Part shown: positions 46,231-55,600 of the stretch, piece by piece
How the letters are laid out: the number at the start of each line of letters is the position of its first letter
Position numbering within the stretch: the stretch's first letter is position 1
Source: Auanema rhodensis
Taxonomy: Eukaryota > Animalia > Nematoda
Assembly (NCBI GenBank): GCA_964057225.1
Contig: OZ059896.1
Span: forward strand, 13,578,001 to 13,642,000
Direction: 5' to 3'
DNA: 64,000 nt
Program-made: the position numbers and the translations under genes
The notes under the pieces: model-generated
What the model was told of the DNA's origin: nothing
Database searches by the model: none
The model's input: the letters and a program-made list of their open reading frames with translations, nothing else

Positions 46231-46481
46231 TTTTTGTTTCGAGCCTCACGGTTGGTCGCTATGGCCCCGCTCGCACTACCAAGAAGGGACAAGCCCCTGA
46301 TCATGAGCCTGCCCCGAAAAGAGGCCGCTCATCCGTCTCGATCTCATCAGACGGCTCTTTGGAATCTTCACGACGCGATGGCCGTCTCACACCTACGGAA
46401 TCAACCCAAGGCGATCACTCGGTAAACTCCCATGAAGAACTCGATTAAGTTCGACATGACTCCTCGGACGAGGACGACTTC

Positions 46482-47291
46482 GTGCCCATGCCACCAGAAT
46501 CTCAAGGACCTAGAACCAGGCCTGTAGTCCGCCTCTCCGGTTCCGAACTTGCCGACTTCGAGCGTCTTGCCTCCGGTTGCTCCATGACGCACACCGAAAG
46601 AGCCGACATCTTATCTGAGCTCCCAATACTCGATTCTCCATTCGCCCGTCTACCATGCCTGGATGAGAAATACACCACCCACGTGGATAGCTCAGTCAAG
46701 CCATCAGTGAAGATCAGCGAGGCTGACATCAGGGCCTCTTACGAGAACACGCTCAATGCGCTCGCCGGCCTACGGATCATCAGGAAACTTGCGAAGATCG
46801 ATAACAAGTCTCCACTTTCCTCCAAACAACAGGCATACATCAACGTGACAGAAAGATTCCTCAGCGCCAATATCAAGACGGATTATACTCACCTCAGAGA
46901 GATCGCACTTCTTAAAATGAAGTACTCTCAGCCCATCAAGGCTATGCCTAGCTACAAAAGGGCCCCGCTCTACGGTTCTACCATGTCTCTCGACAACTCT
47001 CAGGAGGTAGGATGCCATAAGCGACCAACGTCTATTAATCTTTATTCTCAGGACTCAGTCCCGGAACTCTTCGGAAAGAAGCTAAGGGCAGAAATCTCGG
47101 CTTTCTCTGAACTCTCTAGAAACTCAAGAACCAATTCAAGTTCCCGAGATCATCAACGTCCAAGACCGTCATCGAACCAACGATCGGGACCATCAACACG
47201 ACCCATCCACAAGGCTAACTCCTATAGCAGGTGCGTCCATTTTCGAGCAGGTGCGTCCATTTTCGAGCAGGTGCTCTTTCGTCCCACCTAG
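46482..47291 (+). CDS. DIRS ORF1, gag-like (likely originally starting at ATG 46261, now disrupted)
   Basis: Position between the left ITR and RT; charged low-complexity N-terminus and R/S/P-rich C-terminus. Same frame as ORF 46158-46448, separated by one TAA. Confidence 0.7.
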   Translation: MPMPPESQGPRTRPVVRLSGSELADFERLASGCSMTHTERADILSELPILDSPFARLPCLDEKYTTHVDSSVKPSVKISEADIRASYENTLNALAGLRIIRKLAKIDNKSPLSSKQQAYINVTERFLSANIKTDYTHLREIALLKMKYSQPIKAMPSYKRAPLYGSTMSLDNSQEVGCHKRPTSINLYSQDSVPELFGKKLRAEISAFSELSRNSRTNSSSRDHQRPRPSSNQRSGPSTRPIHKANSYSRCVHFRAGASIFEQVLFRPT

Positions 47292-49225
47292 ACTTTTGGG
47301 GTTCCTTCTCTAAAGACCAGGATATCCTTCAGACGGTAAAAGGCTACCGCCTCCCTTTCGCAGGGAGTAAACCTAAGCGCCTTCTGTCAAATCTGACATC
47401 GTTACCGCAATCCCTTCCGGCTAACCCTCTCCTTGCGGAGCTTTTGGAGACGGGGGCAATCAGACCGGCTAGACCTGGCGAAAGGATCTTCCGGTCCTCT
47501 ACTTTTCTAGTACCCAAGTCCGATGGGTCCAGCCGCTTTATCCTCAACTTGAAGACGCTTAACACCTTCATAGAGACACCCCGGTTCAAGCTGGAATCCG
47601 TTAGGGACCTCCCATCGGTGTTGCAACGCAATGATTGGTTATGCAAGGTGGACTTCCAGTCGGCCTATCATTCTATCCCTGTGGCAATAGAACATCAACC
47701 CTACCTGGGCTTTGATATAGAGGGCAGATCATACGTGTTCTGCGTCCTTCCTTTCGGCCTAAACGCAGCCCCATACGTGTTTCATAAGCTGATGAGGGTG
47801 CTTGCAGCGCTCCTCAGGGATCAGGGAATTCGCCTAATCAACTACCTTGACGACTGGCTTTTTCTAGACAGGTCAGCCACAAGAGTGGCCGATCATGCGT
47901 CTCGTGCTATAGATCTATTCCGTGACGCGGGTTTCTCTATTAACATGCTTAAATCCATCTTAAGCCCTACCCAATCGCTCGATTTTCTAGGTTTAGAAAT
48001 AGACACGCGCTCTCTTGAATGGCGCCTGCCAACAGAGAAACGGGAGGCTATAAGCACCTCCCTGTCGGTCCTTCTCAGATCCCAGGCCTCCCCACTCCGG
48101 AAACTGGCCTCCCTCCTCGGGAGAATCAACTTCGCCACTGTGGTACACCCACATTTTTCCTTTTGGGTTAGACAAACTCAAAGAGATTTACGAGGCATAG
48201 GTTTTCCCAACCTAAACGACCCCAACGAGCTTTCCGCTCAGGTCTCTATTGTAGGAGACCTTCGGGATACCTTACGTGCCTTCCTATCAGAAGAATCTTG
48301 CACACTAGGCTCCCCGAGTTCACTTGTACCCTTCTCTCCATCCCTGTCCATTACATCGGACGCCTCCGGTGAAGGATATGGAGCATCATGGGAAGGCAAC
48401 ACTATCTCAGGGAAATGGTCAATCAAGGAGAAATATGCTTATCACATAAACTGGTTGGAACTTATTGCGGCCTTCAAAGCCCTGGTCCATTTCGGCACTG
48501 AGTGGTGCAATATTGACGTGTTACTGTTAATCGATAACACATCGGCGATAACTTACATCAACAGGCGGGGTGGCTCGGCCTCAGAACGAGGTTCGGAAAT
48601 AGCCCGTAAGCTCTGGCACTTCTGCAGGGAGCGCAATATCCGAGTCAGAGCAACGCACATCGCCGGCAGACTGAATCACATCGCAGACCAACTCTCCAGG
48701 GGTAGATGCCTTCACGAAGATTGGTCCCTCCATCCGGAGACGACTGCGAGTATTTTCCAAAGATTCGGTACCCCTTCATTTGATCTTTTTGCATCCTCCT
48801 GGAACGCAAAGGCACCACTTTACTGCTCTTTCCTTCTAGACGAGAACGCATTCTGCGTAGACGCCTTCTCTCACAACTGGAAACTGCTGCCGCAAGGACT
48901 TCTCTTCGTCTTCCCGCCCTTCCACCTCCTCAAGAGGACCATCAACAAGTTGGCAGACTCAGGACGACAGGCCATCCTGATCGCTCCACTTTGGAAAAGC
49001 CAGATCTGGTTTCCCCTTCTGTCCCAACTAGTCCAGGAACCCCCAATGAGCCTCCATCATCCCAGCCTTCTCCAAGACAAGAAAGGCAACTCTCACCCCC
49101 TCCTGGGGACAAGAAATTTTTCCTGGCGGCGTGGAGGATTTCACCGCCAACATAGAAGGAATATCGGACCAGACCAAACTACTATTGGTAAACGCTTTCG
49201 CTCCTGGTACCCGAAAACAATATAA
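47231..49225 (+). CDS. DIRS ORF2: reverse transcriptase + RNase H + adenine-methyltransferase-like domain
   Basis: RT: FLVPKSDG, RFILNLK, KVDFQSAYH, LPFGL, YLDD. RNase H: TSDAS, HINWLEL, IDNTSA, HIAGRLNHIADQLSR. MT-like: DLFAS, DAFSHNW, FPPF. Confidence 0.95.
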   Translation: MRPFSSRCVHFRAGALSSHLDFWGSFSKDQDILQTVKGYRLPFAGSKPKRLLSNLTSLPQSLPANPLLAELLETGAIRPARPGERIFRSSTFLVPKSDGSSRFILNLKTLNTFIETPRFKLESVRDLPSVLQRNDWLCKVDFQSAYHSIPVAIEHQPYLGFDIEGRSYVFCVLPFGLNAAPYVFHKLMRVLAALLRDQGIRLINYLDDWLFLDRSATRVADHASRAIDLFRDAGFSINMLKSILSPTQSLDFLGLEIDTRSLEWRLPTEKREAISTSLSVLLRSQASPLRKLASLLGRINFATVVHPHFSFWVRQTQRDLRGIGFPNLNDPNELSAQVSIVGDLRDTLRAFLSEESCTLGSPSSLVPFSPSLSITSDASGEGYGASWEGNTISGKWSIKEKYAYHINWLELIAAFKALVHFGTEWCNIDVLLLIDNTSAITYINRRGGSASERGSEIARKLWHFCRERNIRVRATHIAGRLNHIADQLSRGRCLHEDWSLHPETTASIFQRFGTPSFDLFASSWNAKAPLYCSFLLDENAFCVDAFSHNWKLLPQGLLFVFPPFHLLKRTINKLADSGRQAILIAPLWKSQIWFPLLSQLVQEPPMSLHHPSLLQDKKGNSHPLLGTRNFSWRRGGFHRQHRRNIGPDQTTIGKRFRSWYPKTI

Positions 49226-50075
49226 CACGGCTTACAGAGCTTGGGAGAATTATTGCAAGCTATCCCAGATCGAGTTCATCCCCAATGCAAAAAATGTTGC
49301 CAATTTCTTAGCCCATCGGGCAGAGAACAACGGTTTTTCCTCAGCTGCTACAGCAAGGGCGGCTCTCTGCCCTCTCGCTGAACACTATTCCGTAACTCCC
49401 CCACTCCGGGACGATCCGATGTTAAAAAAGCTTCTCCGCGGGATATATCGTTCCAAGCCTCCACACGCTAGATACATGGATATCTGGGACCCTTCTACGG
49501 TCTTGGCTCACCTAGAAAGTCTAGGTCCTAACGATTCGCTGTCCTTAGACTGTCTAACCCGCAAGCTTGCTACCCTCTTAGCTATGTGCTCCCCTCAACG
49601 AGCATCGGAACTATCGGTGCTATCACTCGACCACATGCGCTTTGACACACGAGGGGTCACCTTCTTCATCGAATTCAGGAACAAGAATAGGGGCAAGGGC
49701 CCTCCCCGCGAAGCTTGTTTCGAAAGCCATTCAGAACGCCCTCTTGTCTGCCCCATTGATTGCATAAATGCCTACCTGTCGGCTACCATGCATACTCGTC
49801 GATCGCGAAACCTTCTAGTTAGCATTAACAGAGGAGAACCAGTAGTCGCAACTACGGTAGCGGGTTGGATTAGAACTTGCCTAGAAGAAGCGGGAATCCC
49901 CACAAAATTCAAAGCTCACTCAGTACGTGCTGCCGCTACGTCCAAAGCTTTTGAGAATGGACTGCCTGTCAAAACTATTTTAGACGCAGCTAACTGGGCC
50001 TCGGAAAGCACCTTCTTCAAACACTATTGCAAGAGACGCTCTTTCCAGGACTCCTTATTTTCTTTAACTAGCTAA
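49131..50075 (+). CDS. DIRS ORF3: tyrosine recombinase
   Basis: Catalytic R (PQRASEL), HxxR (AHSVR), W (AANW) and Y (TFFKHY), plus an N-terminal SAM-like region (TRKQY...AW). Confidence 0.95.
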   Translation: MEDFTANIEGISDQTKLLLVNAFAPGTRKQYNTAYRAWENYCKLSQIEFIPNAKNVANFLAHRAENNGFSSAATARAALCPLAEHYSVTPPLRDDPMLKKLLRGIYRSKPPHARYMDIWDPSTVLAHLESLGPNDSLSLDCLTRKLATLLAMCSPQRASELSVLSLDHMRFDTRGVTFFIEFRNKNRGKGPPREACFESHSERPLVCPIDCINAYLSATMHTRRSRNLLVSINRGEPVVATTVAGWIRTCLEEAGIPTKFKAHSVRAAATSKAFENGLPVKTILDAANWASESTFFKHYCKRRSFQDSLFSLTS

Positions 50076-50146
50076 CAGTCGAATAAATATAATAGAATTT
50101 TTTTACTATAATAAGACGTAAAAAAGAGATTATATTTATTCGACTG
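50069..50146 (+). other. DIRS internal complementary region (ICR)
   Basis: 50069-50092 is the reverse complement of the start of the left ITR. 50091-50146 is the reverse complement of the right extension plus the end of the right ITR (1 mismatch). The two halves overlap at AA. Confidence 0.92.
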
Positions 50147-50332
50147 GAGTCCCACCTTCCACCCCTTGGTCTCCACCTACGGAGTCCCTTCCTCGCGCTC
50201 TCTAGATTACGTTTTTCTTTAGATTCCGACGCCCCTCGAAGAACCCAGTTCCACGAAGATAGATCCTGCTCATCCCTATCCGAAGATCTCTCTGTCAGTA
50301 TCGTTTTGTATCCCCTTTAACTTTTTAGAAAT

Positions 50333-50530
50333 TATGAAGTGTTTTACTGATAGAATTGACTTGAGAACCCGGTTCCCGCCAATACTTAAAGCCCGCCTTT
50401 CCCACGGTCTTATTACCCTATTCAAAAAAAATTTTTTTTTTGTAACGTGAGGTCAATGTAAACAATATAGCTAACAGTCGAATAAATATAATCTCATTTT
50501 TACGTCTTATTATAGTAAAAAAATTCTATT
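50333..50530 (+). repeat. DIRS right ITR (50333-50491) plus right extension (50492-50530)
   Basis: Reverse complement of the left ITR, followed by 39 bp complementary to the ICR. Confidence 0.93.
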
Positions 50531-51517
50531 TTTCTCCTCGATCATGAAATGTTTTGAAAAAAAAATATTCTGAACTTGGGTATTGAAACATGAAGAATCT
50601 GAATATCCGACTTGGCTTCGACCTCTCCATTTTCCGGAAAAAGGGTTTATACCAAGCACACCAACAAGATTGTTCACAAAAAAGTTCAGGCTGTGTTCAC
50701 GATGTGACCGGTGATTCCTCGTTTTTCTCCTCGATCATGAAATGTTTTCAAACAAAAACATTCTGAACTTGGGTATTGAAACATGAAGAATCTGAATATC
50801 CAACTCAGATTTAGCTTGGACCTCTCCATTTTCCGGAAAAACGGTTTATACCAAGCACACCCACAAGATTGTTCACAAAAAAGTTCAGGCTGTGCTTACG
50901 ATGTGACCGGTGATTCCCCGTTTTTCTCTTCGATCATGGAATGTTTTCAAACAAAAACATTCTGAACTTGGGTATTGAAACATGAAGAATCTGAATATCC
51001 AACTCAGATTTAGCTTGGACCTCTCCATTTTCCGGAAAAACGGTTTATACCAAGCACACCCACAAGATTGTTCACAAAAAAGTTCAGGCTGTGCTCACGA
51101 TATGACCGGTGATTCCCCGTTTTTCTCTTCGATCATGGAATGTTTTCAAACAAAAACTTTCTGAACTTGGGTATTGAAACATGAAGAATCTGAATATCCG
51201 ACTTAGAAAAGGCTTCGACCTCTCCATTTTCCGGAAAAACGGTTTATACCAAGCACACCCACAAGATTGTTCACAAAAAAGTTCAGGCTGTGTTCACGAT
51301 GTGACCGGTGATTCAGCGTTTTTCTCCTCGATCATGAAATGATTTGAAATAAAAACATTCTGAACTTGGGTATTGAAACATGAAGAATCTGAATATCCAA
51401 CTCAGATTTAGCTTGGACCTCTCCATTTTCCGGAAAAACGGTTTATACCAAGCACACCCACAAGATTGTTCACAAAAAAGTTCAGGCTGTGCTCACGATG
51501 CGACCGGTGATTCCCCG
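50531..51517 (+). repeat. 199-bp satellite, right part of + array (5 monomers)
   Basis: Resumes at the exact monomer position where it was interrupted (cctcg|ttttt|ctcctcgatc). One unit has a 6-bp deletion near 50614. Confidence 0.95.
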
Positions 51518-51963
51518 AGTAGTATACAAATGGTTGACGCTGGACGGTCATTTTGCCCAAATGACGTTTTTTGCACTCTTTAGCTATTTTAACGCTTATT
51601 TTCATCAAAAAAATGTCTAAGCTCATCAAAAATCAGTCATTTTTGAAAAAAGTCATTTTTTTGGCTGGACGAAGAAGTGACCATTTTGCCCATCTTCAAT
51701 TTTGAGACTTTTCACAGCAAGAAGTTAAACAAGCTTTAGCTTACTGTTGTACTTATAAAAATAATGTTCAATAAATGGCGAAGCTAGACAAATACGGAGG
51801 TTCTGCGTCGCAAGCTCCTTCAGGAGTGCCTGAGAATCTAAGATTCGATAACAACTTACCAAGTCTAATAAAATTTAAATCTTGAAGAACGGTGAACTAG
51901 TCAAATAAATGAATAAATAATAATTTTATTCCAATTATCACTTTTAAGACACAAAAAGTTTAC

Positions 51964-52170
51964 AATTTAAAGAATTCATATGGCATGATAGTCAATTTGC
52001 CTGTCGACTCCGAAAACCAAGTAATCGCTGTGGTTGTAATTGTCGGCTGCTGACTAATGTTGTTATGTTAATTTAAAGAATTCATATGGCATGATAGTCA
52101 ATTTGCCTGTCGACTCCGAAAACCAAGTAATCGCTGTGGTTGTAATTGTCGGCTGCTGACTAATATTGTT
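51964..52170 (+). repeat. 106-bp tandem duplication in the inter-array spacer
   Basis: aatttaaagaattcatatggc...gactaat starts at 51964 and 52070, near identical. Confidence 0.9.
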
Positions 52171-52691
52171 TTGTTGAGCCGTACCAAGATGTGGATGAAA
52201 CGATAACTATATAATTATAAATTTTTGTACGTAACTTAAGAACCGTGACCCACCATTGGGTCACACCGTCCCGAATGTGTTAATACACGGATTTCGTTCA
52301 ATAAACATAAAATTAATAAAACAATTAATGGAAGAATGCAAGGTTGGCAGTTTCTCGGATAGTCCGTAAAAATGATAGTCCGTAAAAATCAAACCCCAAA
52401 ACTTCCGTCAGATTGAAAAGGGGAGTTCAATACGCAATGTTGAATTTATATAAACGTCTATTCCATGTATTTCAATGAATAAAATTATATTTTAAATAAT
52501 TTACTTTAATTTTAAAAATGAATTGTTTTAATTTTAAATTCAGAAAAAATACAATATTTATTTTATCTTAAAGTCTATCCCATGTATTTAAACGAACAAA
52601 AATTATATTTGTAAATGATTTGTATTCATTTTATCAAAAAAACACAAGACTACTTAATATTCAAGAATAAAACAAATGAATAAAAATTATG

Positions 52692-55600
52692 TGTGGGTGT
52701 GCTTGGTATAAACCGTTTTTCCGGAAAATGGAGAGGTCTAAGCCTTTTCTAAGTCGGATATTCAGATTCTTCATGTTTCAATACCCAAGTTCAGAATGTT
52801 TTTGTTTGAAAACATTCCATGATCGAAGAGAAAAACGGGGAATCACCGGTCACATCGTGAACACAGCCTGAACCTTTTTGTGAACAATCTTGTGGGTGTG
52901 CTTGGTATAAACCGTTTTTCCGGAAAATGGAGAGGTCTAAGCCTTTTCTAAGTCGGATATTCAGATTCTTCATGTTTCAATACCCAAGTTCAGAATGTTT
53001 TTCTTTGAAAACATTCCATGATCGAAGAGAAAAACGGGGAATCACCGGTCACATCGTGAACACAGCCTGAACCTTTTTGTGAACAATCTTGTGGGTGTGC
53101 TTGGTATAAACCGTTTTTCCGGAAAATGGAGAGGTCTAAGCCTTTTCTAAGTCGGATATTCAGATTCTTCATGTTTCATTACCCAAGTTCAGAATGTTTT
53201 TGTTTGAAAACATTCCATGATCGAAGAGAAAAAAGGGGAATCACCGGTCGCATCGTGAACACAGCCTGAACTTTTTTGTGAACAATCTTGTGGGTGTGCT
53301 TGGTATAAACCGTTTTTCCGGAAAATGGAGAGGTCTAAGCCTTTTCTAAGTCGGATATTCAGATTCTTCATGTTTCAATACCCAAGTTCAGAATGTTTTT
53401 GTTTGAAAACATTCCATGATCGAAGAGAAAAACGGGGAATCACCGGTCACATCGTGAACACAGCCTGAACCTTTTTGTGAACAATCTTGTGGGTGTGCTT
53501 GGTATAAACCGTTTTTCCGGAAAATGGAGAGGTCTAAGCCTTTTCTAAGTCGGATATTCAGATTCTTCATGTTTCATTACCCAAGTTCGGAATGTTTTTG
53601 TTTGAAAACATTTCATGATCGAAGAGAAAAACGGGGAATCACCGGTCACATCGTGAACACAGCCTGAACCTTTTTGTGAACAATCTTGTGGGTGTGCTTG
53701 GTATAAACCGTTTTTCCGGAAAATGGAGAGGTCTAAGCCTTTTCTAAGTCGGATATTCAGATTCTTCATGTTTCATTACCCAAGTTCAGAATGTATTTGT
53801 TTGAAAACATTCCATGATCGAAGAGAAAAAAGGGGAATCACCGGTCGCATCGTGAACACAGCCTGAACTTTTTTGTGAACAATCTTGTGGGTGTGCTTGG
53901 TATAAACCGTTTTTCCGGAAAATGGAGAGGTCTAAGCCTTTTCTAAGTCGGATATTCAGATTCTTCATGTTTCAATACCCAAGTTCAGAATGTTTTTGTT
54001 TGAAAACATTCCATGATCGAAGAGAAAAACGGGGAATCACCGGTCACATCGTGAACACAGCCTGAACCTTTTTGTGAACAATCTTGTGGGTGTGCTTGGT
54101 ATAAACCGTTTTTCCGGAAAATGGAGAGGTCTAAGCCTTTTCTAAGTCGGATATTCAGATTCTTCATGTTTCATTACCCAAGTTCGGAATGTTTTTGTTT
54201 GAAAACATTTCATGATCGAAGAGAAAAACGGGGAATCACCGGTCACATCGTGAACACAGCCTGAACCTTTTTGTGAACAATCTTGTGGGTGTGCTTGGTA
54301 TAAACCGTTTTTCCGGAAAATGGAGAGGTCTAAGCCTTTTCTAAGTCGGATATTCAGATTCTTCATGTTTCATTACCCAAGTTCAGAATGTTTTTGTTTG
54401 AAAACATTCCATGATCGAAGAGAAAAAAGGGGAATCACCGGTCGCATCGTGAACACAGCCTGAACTTTTTTGTGAACAATCTTGTGGGTGTGCTTGGTAT
54501 AAACCGTTTTTCCGGAAAATGGAGAGGTCTAAGCCTTTTCTAAGTCGGATATTCAGATTCTTCATGTTTCATTACCCAAGTTCGGAATGTTTTTGTTTGA
54601 AAACATTTCATGATCGAAGAGAAAAACGGGGAATCACCGGTCACATCGTGAACACAGCCTGAACCTTTTTGTGAACAATCTTGTGGGTGTGCTTGGTATA
54701 AACCGTTTTTCCGGAAAATGGAGATGTCGAAGCCTTTTCTAAGTCGGATATTCAGATTCTTCATGTTTCATTACCCAAGTTCAGAATGTTTTTGTTTGAA
54801 AACATTCCATGATCGAAGAGAAAAAAGGGGAATCACCGGTCGCATCGTGAACACAGCCTGAACTTTTTTGTGAACAATCTTGTGGGTGTGCTTGGTATAA
54901 ACCGTTTTTCCGGAAAATGGAGAGGTCTAAGCCTTTTCTAAGTCGGATATTCAGATTCTTCATGTTTCATTACCCAAGTTCAGAATGTTTTTGTTTGAAA
55001 ACATTCCATGATCGAAGAGAAAAACGGGGAATCACCGGTCACATCGTGAGCACAGCCTGAACTTTTTTGTGAACAATCTTGTGGGTGTGCTTGGTATAAA
55101 CCGTTTTTCCGGAAAATGGAGAGGTCTAAGCCTTTTCTAAGTCGGATATTCAGATTCTTCATGTTTCATTACCCAAGTTCGGAATGTTTTTGTTTGAAAA
55201 CATTTCATGATCGAAGAGAAAAACGGGGAATCACCGGTCACATCGTGAACACAGCCTGAACCTTTTTGTGAACAATCTTGTGGGTGTGCTTGGTATAAAC
55301 CGTTTTTCCGGAAAATGGAGAGGTCTAAGCCTTTTCTAAGTCGGATATTCAGATTCTTCATGTTTCAATACCCAAGTTCAGAATGTTTTTGTTTGAAAAC
55401 ATTCCATGATCGAAGAGAAAAACGGGGAATCACCGGTCACATCGTGAACACAGCCTGAACCTTTCTGTGAACAATCTTGTGGGTGTGCTTGGTATAAACC
55501 GTTTTTCCGGAAAATGGAGAGGTCTAAGCCTTTTCTAAGTCGGATATTCAGATTCTTCATGTTTCATTACCCAAGTTCAGAATGTTTTTGTTTGAAAACA

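Larger units (their letters stand above)
46072..50530 (+). mobile_element. DIRS1-type tyrosine-recombinase retrotransposon, full structure
   Basis: Inverted terminal repeats, internal complementary region, right extension, and gag-like, RT-RNaseH-MT and YR ORFs. No conventional TSD; both ends share TT with the target. Confidence 0.95.

Noticed and set aside
46401-49228. Antisense ORFs within the DIRS element
   Set aside because: Short shadows of the GC-richer coding strand with no motifs.
49131-50075. Phage integrase, prophage or bacterial contamination
   Set aside because: The YR sits with RT-RNaseH-MT between ITRs and an ICR, the diagnostic DIRS1 layout.
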